Source of the DNA: Pseudogymnoascus verrucosus
Taxonomy: Eukaryota
Reading direction: 5' to 3' (one strand)
Assembly (NCBI GenBank): GCA_001662655.1
Contig: KV460215.1
DNA length: 64,000 nucleotides
Position 1 is the stretch's first letter. Each line of letters opens with the position of its first letter. The notes beneath the pieces are model-generated. The model saw only the letters and a list, made by a program, of their open reading frames with translations. It had not been told where the DNA came from and made no database searches. Made by a program: the position numbers and the translations under genes. Positions 12,857 to 25,800 of this stretch are shown in pieces.

Positions 12857-13404
12857 CTAGATAACGGTTAGATTTAAGCTGCGATATAGACGCGGGATTG
12901 TTGCATGCCAATGATAGATTCCGGCTTCGTAGTTTGGGTCGGCAAGGACTTTCGTGATGTTGTTCGCAGAATAGGCATCCTTTCTTTCCTCCTTCACCAT
13001 CCCCACTGATGCAAGGTATCGCAGGATTCGGCCTTGGAAGTTGTCAGCAGGATTCCTCAATAATAGACCAAAATACATGCCCATAAGTTCTGGTGCAGCG
13101 CCAGACAGCTGAGCGAGTTCGCTGGTAGTTAGAGGCTTTCACTCTGAGCAATGGCACCGAAGATCTTAGAATCAGCCCCGATGCGAGCGCCGGCAGTTTG
13201 AAGATGCTACGGGAAAGGCTTTAGCTTTGTTCATTGTTTAACGAGAGAAACGGATCAACAGACTCGAGCCGAAATCCTCAACAGCGTCTCATACGGAGTT
13301 TCTAAGGAATATTGAAGGTTCCGAAGAGAATCTTAGATTTCCACTCGTCCAGCATCGTCAGTCTCATGAGCTAACTCTTGGATTTGAACAATCAGGCCCT
13401 CCAT
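12857..13404 (-). pseudogene. Truncated fungal O-methyltransferase (N-terminal part only)
   Basis: MEGLIVQIQELAHETDDAGRVEI*DSLRNLQYSLETPYETLLR with in-frame TAA at 13335-13333, then PLTTSELAQLSGAAPELM and RILRYLASVGMVKE..YSANNITKVL. No SAM-binding domain follows. Confidence 0.75.
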
Positions 13405-13599
13405 TGTTTGAGAATGGTACAAAAGCAGCCTGAGGTGACTTGATCAAGAGTCGCGAGAAGTATCAAGGTTCTGGTGGTATAACAAAGAATATATTTCGGC
13501 AGAGCCGTGAGTTATTCTCTCTCATGAGCTGGTCCGCCGAACCACGGATTTTGCGACTCACGTTGGGCCGGGGCAACCATGAGATTGAGGTAGCTTTAC

Positions 13600-14110
13600 A
13601 GTATAATTTATAAAATGTATATATCTAAAGATACCTTCTCAATTGTGTGTTTACCACCTAATTTACTAGATATAACCCTTATAATAGGAAGGCATTTTTT
13701 AATTCTTAACATTGTACATTTTATTAAGGTAGTATATATTAGTAAATTATATCTGTTAATAGTGGAAGTAGTAATAGAGGAGAAGTTGTAATAGTCTAAA
13801 TTGGCTTTTAAAATATGTAAAATTACCCTTATCTCATGGTTGGGCTGGCCTATTCGCAAGTTGAAAAACTTGCGGTTCGGCCGGCCCGCGAGGGAGAATA
13901 ACTCACGGCTAGGCGGGAACATATATAATAATCTGTTGAACAATCGAACTAGGTAAAAGTGGTGCGCTACACTTTGGCAGGCCAAAAGCTGGCTTATATT
14001 TTACAAAATAATCTTTACTGTTATAAAAGAGGTACACGTGCTCAGTCGTATTATGTAAGCAGTATGAGCTAATGCTTGTTTGTATTAAGCGTTACTAAGA
14101 ATCACCTAGC
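13600..14110. mobile_element. AT/TpA-rich degenerate segment, probable RIP-eroded transposon relic
   Basis: Abrupt AT-rich, TpA-rich tract with a small GC-rich island at 13838-13895. No recognisable protein. Confidence 0.35.
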
Positions 14111-14666
14111 GCACGGCTTCGGTCTTGTAACCGTCAGGGGGGCAGAAGAACTGGTGGCTTATTGCTCGACAACGTGGTCGTAGATCTTGGTGAATCTCCA
14201 CCATACATAGCCATGCATCTCAGATGTCTACCAATAGATCGTCACGCATTTGGAATGTGCCTGATTGCATCTTTTTTGCACGTTCTTAAAGAAGCCTATT
14301 GATTATCCAACGAGGTAGTTGAAGAAGTAAATATCAGGGTTCGGAACTTCAATCTCTGATTTCCAACTTCTAATGGCCAGCCTCTAATTGGCTCAAGTAT
14401 TAAATCAGTTGGGACCGCTCCACGTGTCCCTGTGCTCGTGGTAACATCCTTGCAATATCATTAGGAGTTTGGAGAGAAGGGCGGGAGAGGATCGTATTTC
14501 GAGAGATACCATTGCACGCATTGCCAAGCCACCGTTGCCCAGAATTCGAAGAGACGGGACACGAAGAATACAAATAGAAGCATGGCCAAGGCCGCAAAGA
14601 TGTCTATAGCAGCCCTCCATCCCAGCTCAAGCTTCAGTGACCCCTCCTTCTTTGACATCCAACACC

Positions 14667-16057
14667 ATGCGTTTCTCTACCGGAATCTACACCGCGGCTC
14701 TAGTTGCTGTGGCTGCTGCTGCGCCAAAGTCATCCTCAACCCCAGCCGCGAACCCTACGGCCACTGACCCGGCCGCCGTCTATGCTGCTCAAGCTACAGC
14801 CAAGACCGAGAGTCCAACGAGCCATGTCAAGGGCAAAGTCTTTGACCGCTTCGTAACAATCTGGTTTGAGAATACAGACTTTCAATCAGCTGCCGCCGAA
14901 GGTAAGTTTCAGCCATAATTCCCTGCAATTCTTGCTTCTCGGTGATAACCCAAGCTAATCTATAGAATTGAAGCAAACTTCGAGTTCTTCGCAAAGAAGG
15001 GCATCACTCTGGAGAACTACTTTGCTGTTACGCATCCCAGTGAGCCTAACTACATGGCCGCCGTTGGCGGTGACTACTTCGGGCTGAACGGCGACCCATT
15101 CATCGCCGTGCCAGAGAATGTTTCCACCGTCGTGGATCTTCTCGAGGACAAGAAGATCAGCTGGGGTGTTTATCAGGAAGATATGCCATACAGTGGATTC
15201 CAAGGCTTCTCATGGGTCAACCAAAAAACTGGCAAGAATGACTATGTTCGCAAACACAAGTAAGTCCTCGACCACATGCATATTGAGTAAAAGACTTACA
15301 ATCCAAAAGCCCAGCAGTCTTGTTTAACTCCGTTGCCAACGACGCAGACCGTCTCTCCAAGATCAAGAATCTTACCATGTTCCAGCAGGACTTGAAAGCT
15401 AACAAGTTGCCACAATGGATGTTCATCACACCAAACATGACCAGCGATGCACATGACGCCCCCATCGGCACGGCTGGTGCCTGGCTCCGAACTTTCCTCG
15501 AGCCTCTTCTCAACGACAAGAACTTCATGCAGAACACCATGGTTCTGATCACCTTCGACGAAAACAGCTCGTACCCCAAGCAGAACCGGGCTTTCTCTGT
15601 CCTTCTCGGCGACGCCATCCCCAAGAACCTTGTCGGCACCACCGACTCCAACTTCTACAACCACTACTCCGAGATTGCTACCGTTGAGGCCAACTGGGAT
15701 ACCCACACTCTCGGCCGCTATGATGTGGGCGCCAATGTCTTCAGCAATGTTGCCAAGCACACGAATGACAAGCTGCGTAGCTGGACAGGCACGCCAGCAC
15801 TCGCCGACACCACCTTCAACGCCAGCTATCCTGGTATCTTCCACTCGACGACGTGGGCGCCGCAGCCAGTTCCCAACACCTTGATCAAGGTCAACGGAAG
15901 AACCGTTCTGCCAAAGATCAGGAAGCAATGGGTTTCCCAGCAGAAGAAGACGGTGTATTGTGGACAACTGGAAATTCCGACCTCTGCGAACCCACCCAAG
16001 GGAACATGTCCGGGGCCCTCGGGCAACGACGGGCACTCCCAGCAGCATCACGGCTAA
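14667..16057 (+). CDS. Secreted acid phosphatase, phosphoesterase family
   Basis: Signal peptide, VKGKVFDRFVTIWFENTD, THPSEPNY, YQEDMPY, RKHNP, LPQWMFITPNM, LITFDEN, YNHYS. Introns 14902-14973 and 15260-15309. Confidence 0.92.
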
Positions 16058-16288
16058 GCCGATAACTGGGTTGGATCCTTCCTCAACCCTCTTGCAAATA
16101 ATCTCTGCGCAAATTTTGTCCTTCGATTAATTAGAAATGACTCGTCTGGTGATGAATGTTTTGGCTCACTTTGACCTAAAATACTAGATGGGACGAACAT
16201 TTTGCATTACTTGTATGTGTGGACTGAGTATAAATATTATTATCAAATCTAGTGGCATCTAAATCTAAATCATCTCGAATGATAGTGT

Positions 16289-17524
16289 TTAAAGTTTTGC
16301 GGTAGCTCTCCTATGTTTCACCAACAAAAACCGGGAAAATAAATCGACCTTGCCTACTGTGCCTCCTTCCTTGAAATCCGCTCCCATAATTGCCTTGTAC
16401 TGATCCGGGCGAAACTCGCTGACCAGCAAGAATCCGCTGCGAATGTAATTGGTGCATATGCCGTTTCCACTTGCGCATTTACCATCCGTTGTACCTGCAT
16501 ACTGGCTGTTCCCGAGTGTCATTACATCGATCAACACATTAGCAAATGGTTTCATTTGCTCTGCCGTAATCGCCCAGTTACCGTCAACATAGGCTCGATA
16601 GAAGCCATTGATATCCAGAGACGCGTGATTAGAATCCTCCACGTTATTCTGGTCCATTGCATAGTTCCAGACGTAAATCGGGTTCCCCTTCTTGCTTTTC
16701 TTGATTGTTGATCCACCACCAGTAAAAAACCATTTCAGATTTGCAGTCATAATATTCTTGTATTTAGATACCAACGCGGGGTTATCGCCCAAAATGGTGT
16801 GGGCTGCAACGAGATTCTGGAAGGCATAGTTGAACATCATCTGTTGGTTCCAAGGGACGGCTTGACCTCCCTTGTAGGGAGAATCTTTGGCGAAATACAT
16901 TTTATTGCCATTGGAGAGGTCGAGTAGTCGAGAGAGGATATGTCCAGACATTACTTTATCGGCCTGAGTAAGATATGTTTTGGCTCGCTCAAGGTATGTC
17001 TTGCCATAGTGATTCTTGTCGCCAATTGTAACAGCCTGGTTGTAAAGTGCTTTAGTCCCAAGTATGAGATTCGCACAGCTTGCTAAATGGCCCACCGGAT
17101 CGCCTTGCTCGCCACCCGTGATGATAACTTTCGTGGATGGATCGTTGGGCCAAACTGGCGCAATATCCCCCGTCCAAATCTTGTGCTGCCCAACAGGTTT
17201 CGCAGCTATGTCGTTTCTCTCGGATAACACTGCATCGCAATAACTAAGCATCTTATCGAGAACGGGCTGTTGGCCAGATATCTGATAGACAACACCCATG
17301 GCCTTTGTCTCTTCTCCGCTGTGGCCTTGTGCCCAGTTATTGCCGACGTTGTCCTTCGCGGGCTGCAACGTAGCAATATAGGTGCTGAAAGAATCAAGCT
17401 CCTCCTTGGTGACAGGGCCATCGAAGCTAGTAACCTTCATAGTAGCTCCAAGTACTAAATGTACATGAAGACAGAACATAAGAGCCACTGCGCTGCCGCA
17501 GCTACGGAGGGATGTGAGCATCAT
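16289..17524 (-). CDS. Secreted intronless protein of unknown function (possible alpha/alpha-toroid, carbohydrate-active)
   Basis: 411-aa single-exon ORF with hydrophobic N-terminus. Motifs GEQGDPVGHLA, PWNQQMM, EDSNHA. Confidence 0.75.
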   Translation of the reverse strand: MMLTSLRSCGSAVALMFCLHVHLVLGATMKVTSFDGPVTKEELDSFSTYIATLQPAKDNVGNNWAQGHSGEETKAMGVVYQISGQQPVLDKMLSYCDAVLSERNDIAAKPVGQHKIWTGDIAPVWPNDPSTKVIITGGEQGDPVGHLASCANLILGTKALYNQAVTIGDKNHYGKTYLERAKTYLTQADKVMSGHILSRLLDLSNGNKMYFAKDSPYKGGQAVPWNQQMMFNYAFQNLVAAHTILGDNPALVSKYKNIMTANLKWFFTGGGSTIKKSKKGNPIYVWNYAMDQNNVEDSNHASLDINGFYRAYVDGNWAITAEQMKPFANVLIDVMTLGNSQYAGTTDGKCASGNGICTNYIRSGFLLVSEFRPDQYKAIMGADFKEGGTVGKVDLFSRFLLVKHRRATAKL

Positions 17525-18583
17525 TGTCGAAATCAAAAAGATGCCAAAATATGAGAGAATAGTAAGAATGACTTCTATGAACTTTGGGCGACTTCGCAGC
17601 CATTTTATATCTATTCGTTGAGAAACCTTTAATATAAATGTGCGAATCTAACGCAGGGTCAATTGTGGGGTTGTACAAGCATTTGTGGACTGTAGATCAC
17701 CGGGCGGGCCGCTGTCTTATGCGATATGGTTTTCGGTGAATGAATGCCGAGTGCCTTCCGCTATTAGACAACGTGCAAAATTCTTAGGGAAACGGCAAGG
17801 GTAATGTGTTGGAGATTCGGGGAAACTGGGGTTTGCCGAAAAATTGGCCCTACTTTGGGCCTTTCCCCGAGACATCTCACATGCGAGAGCTGGTGTGAAG
17901 CCAGCTGACCCAGCCGACCAGAAGACCTGGCAAGACCTACATGTAGGATATTCGGCCACCCTCCAGGAACCTTCCATATACAGTAACTACGTAGGTTATT
18001 TAGATAGTCATATAATTTACTTGATCTTTATATTTCTATATACTGTACATACTGCTTGTAATAGAGAAAACCACGCGGTTTTGGGTGTGGATCCCCGTAT
18101 TCTGTGCCCATCTCAATATTCCACAGTAATCATTCCCGACTTCTCTTCTCTTCTAAAATTGCTAATCTATGAGGAATTATAAATGCCACCTGAGCGAGGT
18201 ATTCTGTACAACCAAACTAATGCCTTGAGTTTCAAACATGACACACCACTTTCCTATTTAGGTTATCTACACCGTGGCTCGTAGCAGGGCACTTTACAAC
18301 CTTATCGAGCTTAAATAGACACATCAAGAATACCACAAATTATCATCATAGCCAAGACTGATCTCACATTAATGAAATCCCTTCCATACACCCTAGGTAC
18401 AAATCCCCTTTGTAAGCTCCATCTCAGTATGCCTATCAGTATAATAGGCGTGTTTTAAGACCATTCGCTCGCTTGATCGAGTTTTAATGCCACAGCTTCT
18501 ACAATAAAAAAAGATATTTATAATCTTGAAGTGAGCCATAGGAGTGGAAACAAGGCCTTATATACAAATGACTATTCTTTGAC

Positions 18584-19629
18584 CTAAACAACAAACTTTG
18601 TTTTATTTTCTTCTCCAGCTTCTCTTGCAATCCTTGCGACTTCTTCTTCTCCAGCCTCGCCAAAAATATCATATCCCCACCTAGCTGGGAAATTAAACCT
18701 CTTATGCCTCTCTAATGCATCCAATTCCTTCATCGCACTCTCTGGCAACAATTTATCTTCAAAGTTGCTCTTAATTCTGCTATCCGTGACACTCTTCGGC
18801 AACACGACGTGTCCTGTTTGGACACCCCAGCTAACAAGCACCTGTCCGGGATCCAATCCCAATCCTTTACCAACCTCATGCACCTTCGCATCATCGACTG
18901 TGCGTGGCTCGCCTGTCTGGTTGTTTCCCAGCGGACTGTAAGCTTCCAGTAGAATGCCCTTGGACTTGCAGAAGGCAGCAAGCTCGGGTTGCTGCAGGTA
19001 AGGGTGTTTCTCGATCTGGTTTACTGACGGAATAACTTTGCAGTCCTTAAGAAGCGTCTCCAAATGCGGGATATTGAAATTTGAAATCCCGATAGCGCGG
19101 ACTTTTTTGGTTTCGAGCAACGCTTCCATCGCAGCGTACGTCTTGGTGAAAGGCGTGTCAGAGAGGCGGAAAACGCCAGTCTTTGGGTCTAGGGGAAAGA
19201 ATTTTGGACCGGCGGCGAAGGCGCATGGCCAGTGCATGAGGTACAGGTCAACATATTCTGTTCCGAGATCTGCGAGCGTCTTATTTAATGCTGATTCGAC
19301 GTCTTTGGGTTCGTGAGATGCGTTCCAGAGCTTAGATGTAATAAAGATTTCCTCGCGCTTCACGCCGCTCTTCTTAATGCCTTCTCCAACTTCGGCTTCG
19401 TTGCGGTAAATCGAAGCGCAGTCGATGTGGCGGTAACCGCAACGCAGAGCGGTTTCCACTGCTTGTTCAACCTCGCGAGGAGCTGCTCTAATGCTGATGT
19501 GTTAGCTTTTTGGACTGTGACAAATTGTTTCTTAACAATATAGGATTGGTTTACTTGCTGCCATGTTCCAAACCCCACGGCCGGGATTTTCGCGCCAGTG
19601 TTTAAAGTGAATGTTCGACCTAGAGACAT
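18584..19629 (-). CDS. Aldo-keto reductase (Gcy1/glycerol dehydrogenase-like)
   Basis: IPAVGFGTWQ, GYRHIDCASIY, ITSKLW, DLYLMHWP, AIGISNF, VNQIE, AYSPLG, VLPKS. One intron 19558-19488 with a GC donor. Confidence 0.95.
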
Positions 19630-19860
19630 TTTTTATTTGTTGTACCGAACGTGAACTTGCAAATCGGGTTTTGCACAAGAAAGGGATTGACATAGTATTT
19701 AAAATAAAAAAAACCCAAACTACCCCGCAGGCTAGAGATCACCCCGCTGGCGAACTAGTTACCTATTTCCGGCTCTGGTATATTCAAAATTCGAATCATA
19801 CATAGTCTGGATTTCAGTTAGGGTTGATTCATTCGAATATGGAACACCCATCGTTTTTTG

Positions 19861-19999
19861 GTGGGGTTTGAAGGCAACTTCGGATATTCGGAAAAGGACA
19901 TTTCCGTCCCGCCCCCGCTCTACGCTAGCAAGAAGGGGTATCCCCGCATTCGTCCCCATATATGTCGGTCCGCCAGTTCAACAGTCTTCCGAATCTCCG
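19861..19999. promoter_or_regulatory. CGG-N5-CGG elements and CreA-type sites in the AKR/TF divergent promoter
   Basis: CGGATATTCGGAAA at 19881-19894, reverse-strand CGGAGATTCGG at 19989-19999, GTGGGG at 19861. Confidence 0.65.
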
Positions 20000-20073
20000 G
20001 CAGAATCATCAATCTCATGATTCCGACCCAAACTTGAGCAGACGGGATAGAGGAAAGTGGCATTGAAGCCAAC

Positions 20074-22677
20074 ATGGGCCCCGCCACAGAACTAGGCACC
20101 ACTACCTTAAATGTTGAGAATAGGAAGAGACGAAGGGTCAGCAAAGCATGTGAGAGCTGTCGCATGTAGGTGTTTTTATTTACAACTCGGAGAATTGAGG
20201 TCTACCTATTAGATCCATATTATGGTTCCATTTTCCCTGTAAATTCAGACATGGATAGAAATTTATGCTTCTAATTCAATGGCTTCATGAACTACTGGAA
20301 AATAAGCATGGCTAACAGATTGAAGGAAGAAAATTTCATGCTCAGTTACAAAGCCCTGCATAAGGTGCTGTGAGGACACCATCGTTTGCGTATATGACGT
20401 CCTTGATGGAAGAAAGACGAGAGCAAAAACGAGGCAGCCGAATTCTCCAAGACAATCAACCACCAATACTGCTGTCTCTGTGGGAATAGAGCTTGAAAAA
20501 GCATCTACATCAAACGGTAGTAGTTCAAGTACCAAAGCTGTCTATGACAGCGGAGATCATTATGTCGGAGCTGCCTCGGGGCTATCTTTCTTACAGCAGG
20601 CTGTACAACATATCGAGAGTCAGAAAGGTTCGAACGATGCTGTCGGCAGTGCCGTAGATGTCGAGTACGCAAGCCCGGCTTCAGCTTCAATTTTCAACAG
20701 TGGGGATATGCCATCTCTGTCGCGACCCACCGACAGATTTGTGATGCCAAGTAAGGACGAATCAGATCGCATGCTGGCACGATACTTTGAATTTGCCACT
20801 CCTACCTATCGTTTCTTTCATCGGCCAACTGTTGAGAGTTGGGCGTGCCAGCTATGCTTGCGTCCAGATACGAGCAATTCTAAACAAAAAGAAAGTAGGC
20901 TTGAGGGTGTGAGAGCGGCGGCTGTATATTTGGTGTGGGCGCAGGCGATTGAATATGAAGACATGACTCAAAGAGGGTCAAAATCAAGGTGAGAAAATGA
21001 CATACAGGTTGAGTAATGCTTACTATTGTAGCGCACCTTATTTCGAGAAGGCAGTCTCAATTCTCGAAACCGAACCAGGGCCCCCACAACTCGAGAGTGT
21101 CCAGGCTCGACTCGCAATGTGTCTTTATCTGCTAAGCACGTTCCGTATCAACGAATGTTGGTACCGCTTTGGTATGACAACACTCATAATCATGGCGATG
21201 GGGCTGCATCGCAAAACCGAAACGTCAAGGAAAGTTGGGCTTGTCGAGCAGGAGTGTCGAAAGCGAGCCTTCTGGAGTTCCTACATTTTGGATCGTTATC
21301 TAAGCGTTATGAAGGGTCGACCACGTATATTCCGCGACGAAGATATTGATCAGGAATATCCGGTGAATGTAGATGACGATGACATGGTATTTACAGACAA
21401 AGACTTAATAGCAGTATTGCCTTTGAGAGGACTTTTGGATGCTTCGATCAACCATGCAAAGTTCGTTAACCGTAAAGAACTTCAACGTATAACAACATCG
21501 CTAACTGATGCAGGCTATCTACCATCATGGGAAATGCCACAGATATGCTCTATCCTCTTAGACCTTTGACCCGTGGAGAACTTCAGACGAAAGCGGGCTT
21601 GGTTACGAAGCTCCTCGACGATTGGGAACAAGGTTTACCTCAATTTTTAAGACCAACACATAGAACCTTCACTGGGAAACGGATGTTTGAACGTAAACAC
21701 TCCATGTCAGTAAATTTTAATTTTAAAACGTTAACACAGTGACAGGTCAGAATAGTGTTCTTAAGCTATCACACGCTCATATGCGGATTTTAATCAATCG
21801 TCAATTCCTACTCTCGAATTTTTCAACGCTGGGCCAGGTAGACAGACCTGACGACGATGATTTGGAACATCAGAAATATGTCCGCGACTGTATCAGTGCA
21901 GCGTATGTCATAATCGACACGGGTACGTCTTATTCTACAACCTTTGTATTATCACTGACCCTATTTAGTGGAAGGTTTTGTGGATGATGGCAATCTGTAG
22001 GTTAATCTGCGGCACAAACCATGGAATCACTAACTAATAGTCCCCCTAATTGCAGTATAAAAGGGTTTTGGTTTACACAATATATCGCCCTGTGTGCCAT
22101 CTCAACACTCTACATCTACATCATCCACCATCGCCTTAACCCGAATTCCTTGGTGTCACCAAGCGGTAAAAGCTATTTCGCAGCAGCTGGCAAGTGCCGC
22201 AATTACATCGAGAACCTAGCACCAGAGGGGAGCCATAGTAAGAGGTATAATACGCTGCTGACGCGGTTGAGAAATAGGGCGATGCGGTCAATGGGAGATG
22301 CTGTGGTTGATTCCGAGGGTGACCGAATGAGATATAATGCCACCGAAGTTAGTGGATTGTTGCCGCATAATCACCCGATTGAGCCAGTGTATAATGGGAA
22401 TTTTTACGGGGAAGGGGGTAATAACGAGCGTGGTGTAGGAATGGAGGCAGGCTTTGAGACAGGGGGTCAGGAAGTGGGTATACAAATTCCAGAATACCCA
22501 GACTCCGGCTCCGGCCTTATAATGGAAAATGATACCCTCCAGCTTACTTGGGGATATCTCGACCAGTTAGGTAGGTATTATGAAAGCTATATTGCCTATT
22601 ATTTACTAACAGAGACTTTAGGTTTGCCCGAACACTTTGATGCCTTTAGCACACAGTATGAGGAAGACTACTTTTAG
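20074..22677 (+). CDS. Zn(II)2Cys6 transcription factor with Fungal_trans middle domain, multi-exon
   Basis: RKRRRVSKACESCR...ISCSVTKPCIRCCEDTIVCVY split by an intron. YFEFATPTYRFFH, GLHR, ECRKRAFWSSYILDRYLS..GRP. Confidence 0.9.
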
Positions 22678-22802
22678 AATAAGCTTAAGAATGGTAGATT
22701 TCCACTAATTGTATTTACTGAAACCTTACCAAGAAGTCTTAAATAAGTAACTTCATATCTAAGATGTGCCTTCTAGTTCAAACTATCCCTATAATTTATA
22801 TT

Positions 22803-25800
22803 TTACAATCCTAGAACACCGAAAACCTCTTCTGCTAAATCCTGCGGCATATTCTTCGCATCCACTGGCAAAATATCAATTTCGTCAACCCGTGGTCCTT
22901 CCAAAATAGCCATTTGTGACTCCACCATATCAGCCTTCATATAATGGCCCGTCCGCATCTCCAGCCTTCTAGCCAACTCAACCTTTTTCTCAACCTGTAG
23001 CATCACAAACACGGTTCTAATCCTCTTCCCTACACCCCTCAGTACATCTCGATATCTGCCCTTCAGCGCGGAGCACGCCAGAACTACCACACCCTTACCA
23101 TTCGTTGAGATCTCGAGCTCGGCCTTAGCTCGTAGACGCGCAAGCCACAACCACCTGTCTTCGTCGTCGAGAGCTTGGCCACTCGCCATCTTAGCCAGGG
23201 CTTGGACATCATGGTGCTGGTCGCCCTCGATAAATGAACAATTCAGCTTACGTGCAATCTCTGTGCCTACAGTGGATTTGCCAGCGCCACATGGCCCAGC
23301 GACGACGATGATGGTGCCTTGGATATTTTCCGTGGTTTTCCATGATGTGGTGATGAAATGACCAACGAACTTGTCAACGAGTTCTTGGCTCAGGATCTCC
23401 GCCATCGCGAGAGCCGGCGATAGGCTTTGTGCACGCTGGGTGTTATATTGTAGGCCTTTGCGTACGATGTTGTCGTTGTCATATTTCTTGGTAAAGAAAT
23501 CGAGGAGCTTGATAGGTGGATTTTGCACTGGATCTGGGTTCGACGCCTTTAGACGCGAGATCCATTCACGTTGACCGAGTTCTTCGAACTGCAAGCTGGC
23601 GGCATGGAGTTTTGGGAGAAGGTCGCGCGTCCAGTGGAAGGATTGCGTAGCTACGACGTTTGTGGTTCCAGCCGGGGAGTCCGAGATAGAGATTTCGGAT
23701 ACCGCTTTCGCAACCACATCAACAGGTAGCCAGAGAGGAGACTCATCAAGTGCAGGGATGGCTCCAATGGTCTTGCCGGCTTGTAGAATCAGAGGTATGG
23801 CTTCGGTTGCGTTCCAGATTCCGTGTTGTGTGTCTGCAACAATTTGGCCCACACGTAAGGTGCGTGCTTTCATTCCGGTCTGACATGCGGCTTGGTGTAC
23901 GATGTTCTCTGTCACAAGTTTAGACTGTGCATAGCCCATGTTTTGTGCATAATCCAAGTTGGGCGGGAGGTCCTCAACAACGGCCTCTCCTGGAGGCGTT
24001 GATGCGACGGCGCTGACGGAGGAGCAGAAATTGAATGCTGCAGGTGATGGTCGACCAGCTGACAAGCAAAGGCCCATGAGATGCTTAGCTCCTGTAAAAT
24101 TGAATGATTAGACAATATTATTAGTTCCCTGACAAATTTCACTTACCTGCAATGCAGTCTTTCTCAAAACTCTGGAGACTTAAATTGAAATTCACAGACC
24201 AGGCGCAATGGATCAAGCACGTAATATTGAGGGCAATCTCAGCATATACTGCCGAGCCAAGTCCTAAGTCCTCTTTTGAGAAATCTGATGGAAGCGCGAC
24301 AATTTTTCTTCGAGCTTCAAGGGGCAACTGATGATAACAGCCTCGGGTGTTCATCGAGGATATAACGCGCGTGATGGCATCGCTTTCTGATTTGGCACGA
24401 ACAAAGCAGTAGACTTGTTTAACGCCAGGGAGCAGTACTATTTGGGCTATGATGTGTGCTCCCAGTGACCCAGTTGCGCCAGTCAAAACCTAAATCTTGT
24501 TAAAAGACGAAAGTCATGCCTCAGACATATATGACTTACAATGTACTGGCCTTCATTGGAATTAGGCTTTGGTATGTGATGTTGAAAGCTTCCATATTTT
24601 TCAATTAATTGAGCCATCTGCTCTTGAACCGGTATTGATTTAGAAGTTTGGCCATCCTGTAACAAAACTAGCTCTCTGGTCAGAGCATTAACTGATGGGA
24701 AATCAAAAACAAAATTCATGGCGAGTACCTTCCCAGACACCGGAAGCTTCTTCAGAATGAGCGAACGCAACTGTAAAGCTTGCAAGGAGTCAAGGCCAAC
24801 GGAGAAAAGATCGGTGTCATCGTCAAGCTCTCCTTGGCCATTCAAGGTGCAGACCTTCTCCTTCAAGAAGGCGCGGATCTCAGGCTCTGTGCTTGGAGCA
24901 TTAGTTGATGGTGATAGCTCAGATGTTGAGTAAACATCCTCTATCTCTTTCTCAAAGAGTTTGTAGAACGCTTGGCGAATAACAGTTCCCTTATCTGTTT
25001 GGGGACTATTAAATGGTTAGGAATAGTAGATAATTAATAGCAGTAATAAACTCACTACGTCGAGCTTGCTGGCAGAAGCTTCAACATCTCCACGGAGACT
25101 CTAGCATATCCTGGGGCTGCCGCATTAGATGACTCTACAACTGGCCAGATATGTTCAAGGATCCGGCTTTCAGGCATGCCGGCTGTCTCTTTGGATGGAA
25201 TAATCATCATGCCTAATTGAGGCCTCCCGTTACCGAAAACTACTGCTTCACGGACGTATTTGTTGTCGCGAATAGCCTGTTCCATGTCAGTTGGGCCAAC
25301 TTTCTCTCCGTTGAGAAGTGCGATTGTATCGTCGAGCCGTGCGCTGTACTTCCAAGCGTTTGGGATGCTGGGGTGAGGTGTGAAAAGGTCTTTCGTCGCA
25401 TAAGAACCATCTGATCTGTTTGTCGCCACTTTGGAAGGCCATCCGTCTAACACAACCAATTCGAAAAGGTCCAGTCCCCGAGATTCCCATCTCAGGAAAG
25501 GGATCAAGGTGGCTGATGGCCGTAGGTAGTTCCAAACTTTATCACTGCGGTCTCTGAATGAGGTCATCAATTGACCAGTCTCCGTACTGTTGCGACATAT
25601 ATTAGCAATTAATCTATTGGAATATGAGTCAAATCGCTGTACTAACGTGCCATAGTGACTGATGAGATTTACCCCAGCGCCGACTAGCCTATCCCCCAGA
25701 CTATCAGGGCACGCAGATCCACCAAACATCACCACTTGCAATTTGACGAGAGCCTTAATTCCTTCCTCGGTCTCTCCAAGTAACTTTAGGGCATACGGTA

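Noticed and set aside
22803..23320. Gluconokinase as a separate gene
   Set aside because: No stop, intergenic space or own start. It is continuous with the reductase domain in one exon.
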